Shown here in pieces: positions 28,253-39,353 of a stretch of DNA of 64,000 bases (the first letter of the stretch is position 1; every line of letters starts with the position of its first letter). The DNA lies in contig CAXXMD010000002.1 in the NCBI GenBank assembly GCA_963675755.2, positions 64,001 to 128,000 of the forward strand, given 5' to 3'. The stretch comes from a bacterium. GTDB taxonomy: Bacteria; Zhuqueibacterota; Zhuqueibacteria; Residuimicrobiales; Krinioviventaceae. Under the pieces are notes generated by a model. It searched no databases and was not told the DNA's origin. It worked only from the letters and a program-made list of their open reading frames with translations. The position numbers and the translations under genes are program-made.

Positions 28253-30284
28253 CTATGTATTTGCATTCTTGATTGCTTTGTTGATCAATGTATCGTCAGC
28301 AATATGGGGCAGGGTGATATGGTCCTGTCCCTTTCTCAATTCGTTATATTGTTTTACGGTTTCTATTGAATTCGGATTTCTGGCCCAGGCACGTCTGGCT
28401 ACACCACCCATAACATCCCAGGGGATGGCCTGCCTGATGATTTCGTCGATACGTTCACTGCCATCCATTACCAGTCCGAATCCACCATTAATGGCTTTAC
28501 CTATGCCCACTCCACCGCCATTGTGCAGCGCAATGAGGCTCATGCCTCGCGCGGCATTACCTGCGAAACACTGAGTAGCCATATCTGCCATAATGTTACT
28601 GCCATCTTTGATGTTGGAGGTTTCACGATAGGGGGAATCTGTTCCACCTGTGTCGTGATGATCACGTCCAATCATTACCGGACCAATCTCATGGTTTCGT
28701 ACCATTTCATTGAATTTCAGAGCAATGTTCATGCGGCCCAGTGCATCCTGATAGAGAATACGGGCCTGGGTACCTACCACCAGTTTGTTTTTCATGGCAT
28801 CACGGATCCAGATATAGTTGTCCCTGTCCTGGAATCTGCGATTGGGGTCAATGCACTCCATAGCAGCATGATCGGTTTTTAAAAGATCGGATTCCTCACC
28901 GCTCAGGCATACCCAGCGAAAAGGGCCATATCCGTAATCGAACAACATGGGTCCCATAATGTCTTCAACATAAGAGGGAAAGATGAATCCATCCAGGGTG
29001 TCTCGACCGTTTTTGCAGACAGCCGTTGCCCCCGGTATCAAAAACGGCCTTTAAAAAGCTGTTGCCGTAGTCAAAGAAATAAGTGCCTTGTTCAGCCAGT
29101 TCTTGTACGAGTTGGAAATGAACTTGCAGACTTTTATCAACCAGCATATTGAAATGTTTACGGTCTGTCTTTAAAAGTTCAGTACGGTCCTGAAATGATA
29201 AACCTTGTGGACAATAACCGCCTTCATAAACAGCATGACAGGAGGTTTGGTCAGATAACAGGTCGATTGGTACTTTGTTATCCACTGCATATTTTAACAG
29301 ATCCACAACATTTCCATAAAAGGCAATGGCGTGTCCCTGTTTTTTAGATTTATATTCCTGGGCTAGTTCAAATGCTTTTGCGGGATCATCAATGACCTTG
29401 CTTACCCATCCTTGTTCATGACGGGTTTGAATGCGGGAGGGATCTACTTCGGCTATGATACAAACTCCATTGGCAATTTCAACCGCTTTGCCCTGGGCCC
29501 CGCTCATGCCACCAAGCCCGGACGAGACAAACAGCACACCGCTCAAATCAGCATCATTCGCTAATCCCAGTTTGAGACGTGCTGCATTTAGAACGGTATT
29601 GTATGTACCATGTACAATTCCCTGCGGGCCTATGTACATCCAGCCGCCTGCCGTCATTTGTCCGTAATTGGCAACACCAATAGCCGCAGCACGGTTCCAG
29701 TTTTCCTGATCGTCAAACATGCCTACCATCAAGGCATTAGTAATGATCACTCGTGGTGCATGCGGTGAGGATTTGAATAATCCCAACGGATGTCCGGACT
29801 CTACAACCAGTGTCTGTTCCGGTGTAAAAACTTGCAGGTATCTTTTAATAAGCTGATACTGCATCCAGTTCTGGCATACTTGTCCGGTTTCGCCATAGGT
29901 CACCAGTTCGTAGGGATAAAGCGCAACAGCAAAATCGAGATTATTATCCATCATAACCTGGAATGCTCTGCCTTCAATGCATTCACCAGTGTATTCAGTT
30001 ATAGGTTTACCATACAGATTTCCCACAGGACGGAAACGATAACCGTAAATACGACCAGTGTTCTGCAATTCGTTCATGAATTCCGGTGCCAGTTGTTCAT
30101 GCCATTTTTCAGGGATGTAACGTAATGCATTTCGCAGAGCCAGTTCTTTGTCCTGTTCGGAAAGATTGGCGAAACGTTTGGGCGCACGCCGAATACCGGG
30201 TTCAAACTCTGGTAGTGGTGGCAGATCGCTATAAATATTTTCAAGGGAAATAGAATTAGAAAAATTTGAATTGTTGGTCTTCAT
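28253..30284 (-). pseudogene. hutU: Urocanate hydratase (long form), split by a 1-nt frameshift at 29029-29033 (probably a sequencing error)
   Basis: 'GQMTAGGWMYIGPQGIVHGT', 'GLGGMSGAQ', 'SDQTSCH', 'FDYGNSF' continue in another frame as 'FPSYVEDIMG...GRDHHD...HNGGGVG'. Confidence 0.92.
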
Positions 30285-30413
30285 CGCTCTCCCCATAGCT
30301 TGATTAACAGGGAATATTGAAGGATTGGTGTTTTTAAAAATCCCGTGATTATCATGAAATATAACCGGTCCCGTATTTTTGACAGATCAAAACGATAATC
30401 AATTGACATTGAG

Positions 30414-30442
30414 AATATAACGGGTGCGGATGCAAAAGTCAA
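30414..30442 (-). promoter_or_regulatory. Candidate sigma70 promoter for the hut operon
   Basis: Minus strand TTGACT-N17-TATATT, about 130 nt upstream of hutU. Confidence 0.55.
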
Positions 30443-30547
30443 TGATTTTTCGGTATAAATCACACGAGTCAAATGATAAAAAAATGGCAGATTTGACGAA
30501 TTTGTATTATATTGAGCATGATCAATTTAAAAAATTAAGAGCCTGAA

Positions 30548-31444
30548 ATGAAAAAAAATATTTTAATAGCATTCCTTTTTCTGTCTGTTTGTTTATCTCA
30601 ATTCCTCACTGGATGTAATAATATGCAAGCTGATGTGAATATGGATTTCTACTGGCAGGCACATCGTGGTGGAGGTCTCCATGATGCGCCGGATAACAGT
30701 ATAGCTGCGTTGTTATATACCTGGAAACTGGGAGGTATCCCGGAAGCAGATATTCGCACAACATCTGATAGTGTAATAATTTGTTTACATGATGGTACTT
30801 TGGCCCGGACTTCAAATGCCCCTGATGATATCAAAGATGTTCCTGTTTCAGAATTGTCATTTGATCAGGTACAAAAATATGATATAGGCGTGACGTTCAG
30901 TCAGGATTATAAAGGAGAATTTGTACCTTCTCTGGAACAGGTTTTCAAGCTAATGCAAAACCATTCTGACCGTCAATTGTATTTGGATATCAAAGATGTT
31001 GATTTACAACAATTGGGTGACATGATGAATCAGTACAAAGTCTGTTCGCAGATTCTGGTTTGCAGTCCCCGACAGGATGATTGTAAAACGCTCAAAGCTG
31101 TTGCTGACGGTGTTCGCTCCATGTTGTGGATGGGAGGGAGTGCAGAAGAGATTAAAAGTAAATTCTATGCTGTCCAAAAATCAGGATTTGAAGGACTGAA
31201 TCAGGTACAGCTCCATCTCAATGACATTGAAGAACCTGGAGCATGGCGCTATCAGTTGGATGCCGAATTTGTGAAAAAGGCACTGGAAATTACTCGTGCT
31301 GCAGAAATAGATCTGGAAGTATTTCCTTTTCATTTTGAGGAAAAGGATGTGTATACGTTATTTGATATAGGTATTCGTTGGTATGCTACTGATGAGCCCG
31401 GACGATTCAGCCAGGCTATTGAAAACTGGAAAAATTCGTTATGA
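30548..31444 (+). CDS. Glycerophosphodiester phosphodiesterase family lipoprotein
   Basis: Lipobox LTGC; 'QAHRGG', 'PDNS', 'EADIR', 'CLHD.TL.RT', 'LDIK', 'ATDEP'. Confidence 0.88.
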   Translation: MKKNILIAFLFLSVCLSQFLTGCNNMQADVNMDFYWQAHRGGGLHDAPDNSIAALLYTWKLGGIPEADIRTTSDSVIICLHDGTLARTSNAPDDIKDVPVSELSFDQVQKYDIGVTFSQDYKGEFVPSLEQVFKLMQNHSDRQLYLDIKDVDLQQLGDMMNQYKVCSQILVCSPRQDDCKTLKAVADGVRSMLWMGGSAEEIKSKFYAVQKSGFEGLNQVQLHLNDIEEPGAWRYQLDAEFVKKALEITRAAEIDLEVFPFHFEEKDVYTLFDIGIRWYATDEPGRFSQAIENWKNSL

Positions 31445-31488
31445 TAAATGTTTAGAATTATTTATTTCAAATTAAATAAAGGTATACC

Positions 31489-32751
31489 ATGAAATGTGAA
31501 TTAAAATGTTTTAACAACCTGATTGCTATTGCTGCTACTCTGACAATGTTATCAATTGTACAGGTATTTGCTCAAACAAATTTTCCCACAAAATTCCCGG
31601 ACAGAATTGTTTTAAACTTGACAGAAAACCCATCTACTTCCATGGCTGTAACCTGGCGTACTGACACTACTATTGTAGCGGGTTATTGTGAATTGCAGCC
31701 AACGTCAGATACCCGGATCAACCCAAAAGAGAGTAAATCTTTTAAAGCACAAACAACCAGATTCGAATATTCACCAGAAAACGAATTACCTGTAAATGCA
31801 AACCAACATTCACAAATAATAACAGGACTGGAACCAGATTCCAAATATATATATCGTGTTGGTAATGGTCAGTTTTGGAGTGAATGGTTTCAATTTCAAA
31901 CTCCTTCAAGTACAGGAAACCCATTCTCATTTATTTATTTTGGTGATCCTCAAACAAGTTTAAGATCGGAATGTTCAAGAGTAATCCGTAAAGCATTCCA
32001 GACAAGTCCGAATAGTGGATTTATGCTTTATGGAGGAGATTTAATTAATCACGCAGGAAGTGATACAGAATGGCAAGGTTGGTTTGATGCCGGTTCGTTT
32101 ATTTATGCAACCATTCCACAAATTATGACACCAGGGAATCATGACTACCAGGATTTGTTGCTTGATCCTCACTGGAACGCCCAATTTACGCTTCCCCAAA
32201 ACGGACCAAGTGGACTTGCAGGGACTTGCTATTTTGTTGATTATGAAGATCTGCGTCTTATATCGATAGACTCTGCAACTGACGATGAGTTGGAACATGA
32301 AACTGGAGTTGCAATGACAACACAGAAAATTTGGCTTGATTCTGTATTGACTCATAATACAAAAAAATGGACAATTCTAACAACTCACCTTCCGTTCTAC
32401 TCTCCAAAAGAGAGTAGGGACAATCAACATCTCAGAAAACATTTTCAGCCAATCATTGAAAAACATGGCGTCGATATAGTTCTGACCGGTCATGATCATT
32501 CCTATGGCAGAGGAACAGCATCTGATAATCCTGATATTAAACCGTCAATCGTATATGTAGTATCAGTATGTGGCCCCAAATTATATCCGGCGGGAGATAA
32601 AGAATGGATGCAAAAGAGCATATCGTACACACAGCTCTATCAGGTAATTTCAATCGATAATAACATTCTTTCTTATAAAGCATATTCAGCAAGTGGGGAA
32701 TTGGTTGATGAGTTTGTGTTGGAAAAAGATGATACAACGAAAAACAATTAA
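31489..32751 (+). CDS. Purple acid phosphatase family (Fn3-like + metallophosphoesterase), secreted
   Basis: 'MAVTWRT', 'YIYRVG', 'FGDPQ', 'GGDL', 'PGNHD', 'GHDHSY'. Confidence 0.9.
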   Translation: MKCELKCFNNLIAIAATLTMLSIVQVFAQTNFPTKFPDRIVLNLTENPSTSMAVTWRTDTTIVAGYCELQPTSDTRINPKESKSFKAQTTRFEYSPENELPVNANQHSQIITGLEPDSKYIYRVGNGQFWSEWFQFQTPSSTGNPFSFIYFGDPQTSLRSECSRVIRKAFQTSPNSGFMLYGGDLINHAGSDTEWQGWFDAGSFIYATIPQIMTPGNHDYQDLLLDPHWNAQFTLPQNGPSGLAGTCYFVDYEDLRLISIDSATDDELEHETGVAMTTQKIWLDSVLTHNTKKWTILTTHLPFYSPKESRDNQHLRKHFQPIIEKHGVDIVLTGHDHSYGRGTASDNPDIKPSIVYVVSVCGPKLYPAGDKEWMQKSISYTQLYQVISIDNNILSYKAYSASGELVDEFVLEKDDTTKNN

Positions 32752-32822
32752 TTGATGTGTGTATAATAATAAATCCAGTAATACATTTGTTTAAAATGAA
32801 ACTTGTAAAACCAGGAGCTGAA

Positions 32823-34061
32823 ATGAAAAAAGAAATCATAATCCTTCTACTAACTTTACTTTTTATTTCTGCATGTCAACGATCCAAGTCTCCAATAACA
32901 ATTGATATATCTAGTAATTGGAGGTTCTCTCCTGATGAGAATAACATTGGCACATCTGAGAGTTGGTATTCCATTAATTTTGATGACTCTGACTGGGCAG
33001 TGATTGATGCCGGGAAGAGATGGGAAGATCTGGGTTATCGTGAATTGGATGGTTTTGGCTGGTATAGAAAAACCTTTGAGATCCCTGCGGACTGGAAGGG
33101 TAAAAAAATATGGTTAAGAATTGAAGCTGTTAATGATGCTTACGAGTTGTTTATAAATGGTAAAAGTGTTAGTTATTTTGGTTCAGCAAATATAAGTGTA
33201 GCAACAAGACCTACTTTTACAGAGATTAGCAAAAATGTCAAATATGGTGAAAGCAATGTTGTTGCAATCCAGGTTAATGATTGGGGGAACAGTGGAGGAT
33301 TGTGGAGGTTACCGGTTATTCTGACAACTGATGAAGAAAAAGCTACAAGTATTTTTAATCCAATGTCGGATACATGCTATACCGCCGAAAGTCTGGGCTA
33401 TCAACTCGTTTGGGAGGATGATTTTGACGGTGATAAACTTGATCCTGATAAATGGGATTATCGGGGTACCGGTCCACGCAGAATTGGCTACAACTCACCC
33501 GATGCAGTTAAAATTCATGATGGATTTCTGGAACTATTGGCAATTGAAAGCGGTGACAGTGTCAAGGCTGGAATGATCAGCACGATGAACCGTTTTATGC
33601 CTACATTTGGTTATTTTGAATGCCGTGCACAATTGCAAAAATCAAAGGGAGTGTGGGCTGCATTTTGGATTCAATCGCCCAAAATTTCACAGGGTGAAGA
33701 TCCTGCCACATTTGGTACGGAAATAGATATCTTTGAATATTTCAAAGAGGCAGGTGAAGATATGATTATGCATAATCTTCATTGGGCTTATGGACCTAAC
33801 CAGAAAACAATCGGAGGCAGGCAGAGCCATGTTGAAGGTCTTCATGAGGGATTTCACACGTTTGCTCTAGAGTGGACACCTGAAAAATATGCATTTTTTG
33901 TTGATGGATACAAGTTTTATGAAATTAAAGAAGCCATCTCTCATATTGAAGAAGAAATCATCCTTAGTATGGAAATACCGGCTACAATAGAAGCATTAAA
34001 AGAAACCGTCTTTCCCGACACTTTTAAAATAGATTGGGTCAGGGTATATCAAAAGAAATAG
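32823..34061 (+). CDS. Lipoprotein: galactose-binding-like (GH2 N-type) domain + GH16 catalytic domain
   Basis: GGAG RBS; lipobox ISAC; 'GWYRKTF...NG'; GH16 'WEDDFDG', 'WAAFW', 'EIDIFE', 'FHTFALEW', 'IDWVRVYQ'. Confidence 0.88.
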   Translation: MKKEIIILLLTLLFISACQRSKSPITIDISSNWRFSPDENNIGTSESWYSINFDDSDWAVIDAGKRWEDLGYRELDGFGWYRKTFEIPADWKGKKIWLRIEAVNDAYELFINGKSVSYFGSANISVATRPTFTEISKNVKYGESNVVAIQVNDWGNSGGLWRLPVILTTDEEKATSIFNPMSDTCYTAESLGYQLVWEDDFDGDKLDPDKWDYRGTGPRRIGYNSPDAVKIHDGFLELLAIESGDSVKAGMISTMNRFMPTFGYFECRAQLQKSKGVWAAFWIQSPKISQGEDPATFGTEIDIFEYFKEAGEDMIMHNLHWAYGPNQKTIGGRQSHVEGLHEGFHTFALEWTPEKYAFFVDGYKFYEIKEAISHIEEEIILSMEIPATIEALKETVFPDTFKIDWVRVYQKK

Positions 34062-34097
34062 TTTGTTATACGTGTTTTTCAGGAGAATGGAGAAGAA

Positions 34098-36491
34098 ATG
34101 AATTTATTCAAACAGAGAGTAAACGGAATATTTCCAGTAATTTTATTTTTCGTAATATGTTCAACCTTGTTTGCGCAGAATAGCAGCGGCCCCGCTGATG
34201 CAAACAAATCAATCGAACAAATGGCAAAAGATATTGTATCACAAATGACGTTGGAAGAAAAGATCGGTTTGATTGTTGGTGACGGAAAATACTTGCCTGC
34301 TGTTGATCCCCAAACTGTTACAACAGAAACCGGTATGCTGGTGACCGATCATACGGTAAAACATTTAATTCCACGGTTGTCCATAAAATCCAGCACCATG
34401 TCTGATGGCCCGGCCGGTTTAAACAGAGAACCACGCAAAGAAGGACAAGAGGATTTTCATTATACCACAGCGTTTCCCACGGCGACTTGTTTGGCTTCAA
34501 CCTGGAATACTGATTTGGTAGAGCAGGTTGGCAAGGCGTTTGGTAATGAAGCATTGGAATATGGAATTGATCTTGTGCTGGGACCCGGCCTGAATATTCA
34601 TCGTAATCCTAAAAACGGAAGGGCTTTTGAGTATTATTCTGAAGATCCGTTACTTACTGGAAAAATGGCGGCATCGATGGTGAATGGAATGCAATCCTTT
34701 GGATCAGGTTCTACATTGAAACATTTTGTTGCCCATAATCAGGAAGCGAACAGAAGAAATTACAACGCGGTTATCAGCCAGAGAGCTTTGCGTGAGATTT
34801 ATTTGCGAGGATTCGAGATTGCGGTCAAGGAAGCAAGACCCAAAGCAATAATGACCTCCTACAATCGGGTAAATGGGGATTATACTGCTGAAAATCCCGA
34901 GTTGTTAGAGACTATTGTTCGTCAGGAATGGGGCTATGACGGCCTGTTGATTACGGATTGGGATGGAAACGGCAGTGCCGTGGCTAAAGTCAGGGCTGGT
35001 AAGAATTTGTTGATGAGTGGTAACAGGCAGGAATACAATGAACTGACATCCGCTATAAAAAATCAAACTCTGGATGAAAGTACTCTGGATGAAAATTTGG
35101 TCCAATTGATAAAATTCAAACTTGATTCTCCCCGGGAAAAGGGGCATAATCCATCAATGAATCCGGATTTAAAAGCCCATGCTGAAACGGCCAGAATAGC
35201 TGCAGAAGAAGGTATGGTATTATTAAAAAATGAAAATAATACCCTTCCCTTAAAAAAAGGGAAAAAGGTTGCCTTGTTTGGTAAAATCGGATATCACCTC
35301 ATTCCTTACGGTACGGGCAGCGGTTGTGTAAGGAGTTTTAAATATGCCGTATCAGTAAACCAAGGGCTCCAGTCAGCAGGCTTTAAGGTGTTGAAAGAGA
35401 TGGAGAAGGACTATGTCGCTTTAATAGAAAAAATAAAACGGGAAAATCTGGTACCACCTTATTTTGATACGCCCAAGCACCGCAAGGATAATGGTATTGT
35501 CGGGGATCAGGCTCCCAAACACTTTAAAGAGAGACTGGTTGCGTTTGCCAAAGAGCCCCAAATTCCTGTGGCAGATATTTTAAAATACGAAAATAATGCT
35601 GATGTTGCTGTAATAACCCTTGGCCGCAGCGCAGGTGAGAATTACGAAAACGGCTATCTTCCCATATCAGAAAATGAACTTGAATTGGTGAGAAATGTGA
35701 GTGCTGTTTTTCATGACGCTGGTAAAAAAGTTATTGTTGTGCTCAATGTTGGTGGTGTGTGGGAAACTGCCAGTTGGAGGGATTATGTGGATGCAATTCT
35801 GCTGGCCTGGCTGCCGGGCCAGGAAGGCGGACACGCAATAGCCAATATTCTGAAAGGTGATGTGAATCCATCCGGGAAACTGCCCGATTCATTTCCGCTA
35901 AAGTATGAGGATGTACCATCCGCAGAATATTTCCCCGGATTACCGGAGGAAGAACCCATTTATTCTCTCTATAACGATGGTATTTACGTCGGTTATCGGT
36001 ATTATGACTCTTTTGATGTTCCTACAGCTTTTGAATTTGGTTTTGGCTTGTCATATACTAGTTTTCAATATTCTGATTTTAAGTTGAGCAGTAATTCTTT
36101 TTCCAAAACTTTAACAGTATATGTAACCGTTAAAAATACCGGCAAAGTAGCTGGTAAAGAGATTGTTCAACTTTACTTGGCTGCACCATCTTCCCGGATG
36201 GAAAAACCGGTCCATGAATTAAAAGGCTTTGCAAAAACCCGATTGTTAAAACCGGGGGAAAGCCAGCAGCTTTCCTTTGAACTGGATGAGCGTGCCCTGG
36301 CTTCATTCTGGAGTGGAATTGATGCCTGGTTGGCAGATAAAGGTGAATATAAAGTGCAGATTGGTGCATCTTCTAAAGATATTCGCCTAGAAGCGTCTTT
36401 TAATTTAGCTCAAGATGTGATGGTTGAAAAAGTTAATGATGTTTTGTATCCCAACTATTTATTGAATGAGAAAAGTCGATTTGATAAATAG
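34098..36491 (+). CDS. GH3 beta-glucosidase-like glycoside hydrolase with Fn3-like C-terminus
   Basis: 'SDGPAG', 'GRAFEYYSEDP', 'KHF', 'ITDW', 'VLLKN', 'SGKLP', 'GYRYYD', 'FGFGLSYT'. Confidence 0.93.
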   Translation: MNLFKQRVNGIFPVILFFVICSTLFAQNSSGPADANKSIEQMAKDIVSQMTLEEKIGLIVGDGKYLPAVDPQTVTTETGMLVTDHTVKHLIPRLSIKSSTMSDGPAGLNREPRKEGQEDFHYTTAFPTATCLASTWNTDLVEQVGKAFGNEALEYGIDLVLGPGLNIHRNPKNGRAFEYYSEDPLLTGKMAASMVNGMQSFGSGSTLKHFVAHNQEANRRNYNAVISQRALREIYLRGFEIAVKEARPKAIMTSYNRVNGDYTAENPELLETIVRQEWGYDGLLITDWDGNGSAVAKVRAGKNLLMSGNRQEYNELTSAIKNQTLDESTLDENLVQLIKFKLDSPREKGHNPSMNPDLKAHAETARIAAEEGMVLLKNENNTLPLKKGKKVALFGKIGYHLIPYGTGSGCVRSFKYAVSVNQGLQSAGFKVLKEMEKDYVALIEKIKRENLVPPYFDTPKHRKDNGIVGDQAPKHFKERLVAFAKEPQIPVADILKYENNADVAVITLGRSAGENYENGYLPISENELELVRNVSAVFHDAGKKVIVVLNVGGVWETASWRDYVDAILLAWLPGQEGGHAIANILKGDVNPSGKLPDSFPLKYEDVPSAEYFPGLPEEEPIYSLYNDGIYVGYRYYDSFDVPTAFEFGFGLSYTSFQYSDFKLSSNSFSKTLTVYVTVKNTGKVAGKEIVQLYLAAPSSRMEKPVHELKGFAKTRLLKPGESQQLSFELDERALASFWSGIDAWLADKGEYKVQIGASSKDIRLEASFNLAQDVMVEKVNDVLYPNYLLNEKSRFDK

Positions 36492-36518
36492 TGGGAAGGT
36501 CCACCTCAAATGGATAAT

Positions 36519-36555
36519 ATCAATCTATGGCGGGGCAATGCCCCGTCAAATTGAT
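36519..36555 (+). terminator. Stem-loop after the GH3 gene (possible terminator)
   Basis: atcaat..tggcggggc-aat-gccccgtca..attgat; weak U tract. Confidence 0.45.
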
Positions 36556-36593
36556 TTATAATGTAATGTACCTATCATTTTTTTTAGCGTTCA

Positions 36594-36985
36594 TCTGTAC
36601 TCCAATTAATTAACCACCCGTTTTACTCGATAACTTTATAAATAGTAGGACACGCATAGATAAACGCGGCTTTACAACACTTTATAATACTATTGGAACA
36701 GATACCCGGCCTTTTTATAATCTTGCAATAGAAGGCTTGTCAGGTGAAAAACTATTTTATTGATTATTTTAACAATAATTACTATAATAAATCAACATTG
36801 ACAGATAAATACTGTGGAAGAAACCGGGGGGTTTGTTACCAGGTTAAGAGAATCAATTTGTCTAAAATCAAGTTTAGCCACTGTTTATAATCGAGTTTGA
36901 CATGATATTCATCGTTATAGATGAATAGTTTAGGTACTAGTTTTATTCTCATCAAAGAAAAACTGTCGAGTTACAGGTCTGTACT
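36594..36985. mobile_element. Possible non-autonomous element (MITE/IS remnant), 376 bp between 8-bp direct repeats
   Basis: TCTGTACT at 36594-36601 and 36978-36985; internal segment starts CC and ends GG; weak inverted similarity (ttactcgataact vs aactgtcgagtta); no ORF. Confidence 0.3.
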
Positions 36986-36997
36986 TGTAAATGAATT

Positions 36998-39205
36998 ATG
37001 AAAGAATGGGAAAGGATCAATATGATAGGAGCCGGGAGATTTGTTGTTGATAATTTAAAAAAACATCATAAGAAAAAAAATTTGCTAATGTGCTCAATCG
37101 TTTTAGCACTTTTATTAGCAATGTCTTGTGAGAAAAATATTCCAACATACACCATTGATTTGCAAAAAGACTGGCGGTTCTCTCCTGATCCCCAAAAAGC
37201 GGGCATGACTGAACAATGGTATTCGCTTGAATATGATGACTCTGACTGGGCAGTCATTGATGCGGGAAAACGATGGGAAGATCAGGGATATCCGGAGCTG
37301 GACGATTTGGGTTGGTATAGAAAAAAAGTGGATATTCCTAAAGAATTAAAAGGTCGGGATTTATGGATAAAATTTGCCGGTGTAAACGATTATTTCGAGT
37401 TATTTATTAATGGTAAAAGCGCCGGTTTATTTGGAACATCTTACTATTCTGTTGCAGGAAAGCCCACTGCTGCCAATATAACCGATTTGTTGGTTTATGG
37501 TGAAACGAATCTTGTTACTGTTAGAATAAATGACATTGCCGGAAGTGGTGGATTATGGAAATCCCCGGTGATCATAACAACTATAGATGTTGAGCAATGT
37601 ATAACCCGAAAATTTTCATTTGAAAAGAAATATTTGAATTTTCCGGTTAAAAATGGTGCTCCCTTACGTACCATCAAGTTATTAGTAAATAATGAAATTG
37701 AAAGAGAATTTTACATTGAATTAGCATCTGATGAACCCGATTATTGGGTCTATCTGGAAATCGATGAATTCAAAGGAAAAAAGGGTGAGATTGAAATTTT
37801 TGAACTCCCTCCGGAGAACAAAGATTTAGTAGATGCTATTTATCAGGACAATACCTTCCCGGGAGAAAATGAACTTTATCAGGAAAAGTACCGTCCGCAA
37901 TTTCATTTTTCATCAAAACGCGGCTGGCTGAATGATCCTAATGGATTGGTCTATTATGCCGGAGAATATCATTTGTTCTATCAACATAATGCTTTTGGAA
38001 CGGGTGAGGGCAGCAAATCATGGGGGCATGCGGTCAGTAAAGATCTGCTCCATTGGCAGGAGCTGGGTGACGCCCTTTATCCCGATGAATGGGGAACCAT
38101 GTTTTCCGGATCGGCAGTTGTGGATTGGAATAATACAACCGGATTTCAAACCGGAGATGAACCACCTCTGGTTACGATTTACACCAATGCTGGTGGAGAA
38201 AATCAGTGGTCAGCCGGTAAGCCCTTTACTCAGGGTTTAGCGTTTAGTAATGATCGTGGACGTACCTGGACCAAGTATGATGGGAATCCGGTACAGGGAC
38301 ATATTAATTCGGGTAACCGCGATCCCAAAGTGATTTGGTTGGAAAAGACCCAGGAATGGGTAATTGTACTCTATCTTATAGATGGAAGGATGGCATTTTT
38401 TACATCACCGGATTTGAAACAATGGGAACTTGGAGGCATATTGGATGCTTTTCACGAATGCCCCGAGTTGTTTCAGTTACCAGTGGATGGAAACGAAAAC
38501 AATAAAAAGTGGGTTTTGTACGGCGGCACAGGGGATTATTTTATTGGTGATTTTGATGGAAGTAATTTTTCAATTGAAAGCGATAAAATCCGTTACAGCT
38601 ATGGTGATGCCTTTTACGCATCGCAAACATTCAGCGATATTCCCCCAAAAGATGGTAGACGTATCCAGGTCGGTTGGGCTCGGATTGAGATGCCAGGCAT
38701 GCCATTTAATCAGATGATGAATTTTCCGGTAGAATTAACACTACATTCAACGAAACAGGGAATCCGCATGTTTGCGAATCCTGTCAGAGAAATTGAAAAG
38801 CTATATAAAAAGCAACATCATATTAAAAATGTAAAACTGGTACCGGGAAACAATCCAATATCACAAATCAATGGTGATTTGTTTGATATTACAGGAGAAT
38901 TTGCCGTTGGCAATGCAGATAAAGTAGGTTTTGAAATCAGGGGCGTTCCTGTTGTGTATGATGCCAGAAGGGGAGTCCTTTTAGTTAAAAACCAGTCAGT
39001 ACAGTTTAGACCAACAAACGGCAAGATCAAATTGCGGTTATTGGTAGACCGTACATCCATCGAGATATTTGTAAATGATGGAGAATATTATATGCCTGTG
39101 GGCTCAATTCCTGATGATGACAATTTATCATTACGAGTATTTGCCCAAGGTGGAACCGCGCACATTGTGAATCTGGATGTAAATGAACTGAATTCTGCAT
39201 GGTAA
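36998..39205 (+). CDS. GH32 (levanase/beta-fructofuranosidase-like) lipoprotein with N-terminal galactose-binding-like domain
   Basis: 'WLNDPNG', 'WGHAVS', 'FSGS', 'RDP', 'ECP'; lipobox LAMSC. Start uncertain. Confidence 0.9.
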   Translation: MKEWERINMIGAGRFVVDNLKKHHKKKNLLMCSIVLALLLAMSCEKNIPTYTIDLQKDWRFSPDPQKAGMTEQWYSLEYDDSDWAVIDAGKRWEDQGYPELDDLGWYRKKVDIPKELKGRDLWIKFAGVNDYFELFINGKSAGLFGTSYYSVAGKPTAANITDLLVYGETNLVTVRINDIAGSGGLWKSPVIITTIDVEQCITRKFSFEKKYLNFPVKNGAPLRTIKLLVNNEIEREFYIELASDEPDYWVYLEIDEFKGKKGEIEIFELPPENKDLVDAIYQDNTFPGENELYQEKYRPQFHFSSKRGWLNDPNGLVYYAGEYHLFYQHNAFGTGEGSKSWGHAVSKDLLHWQELGDALYPDEWGTMFSGSAVVDWNNTTGFQTGDEPPLVTIYTNAGGENQWSAGKPFTQGLAFSNDRGRTWTKYDGNPVQGHINSGNRDPKVIWLEKTQEWVIVLYLIDGRMAFFTSPDLKQWELGGILDAFHECPELFQLPVDGNENNKKWVLYGGTGDYFIGDFDGSNFSIESDKIRYSYGDAFYASQTFSDIPPKDGRRIQVGWARIEMPGMPFNQMMNFPVELTLHSTKQGIRMFANPVREIEKLYKKQHHIKNVKLVPGNNPISQINGDLFDITGEFAVGNADKVGFEIRGVPVVYDARRGVLLVKNQSVQFRPTNGKIKLRLLVDRTSIEIFVNDGEYYMPVGSIPDDDNLSLRVFAQGGTAHIVNLDVNELNSAW

Positions 39206-39353
39206 TAAATTTTACTATCAAATGGCTAAATTGGTTATTAAGTAAATTAAAATGATATTCCAGCATAACCATAAATTTTCTAATAAAATTGGTAAAAAAA
39301 AAGAAATAAAAATTAAAAAACACTCACTGATTAATTAAACGGAATAATAAAGT

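Noticed and set aside
26298-30125. Plus-strand ORFs such as 26787-27245 and 27677-28369
   Set aside because: Antisense shadows of conserved hut genes with no recognisable motifs.
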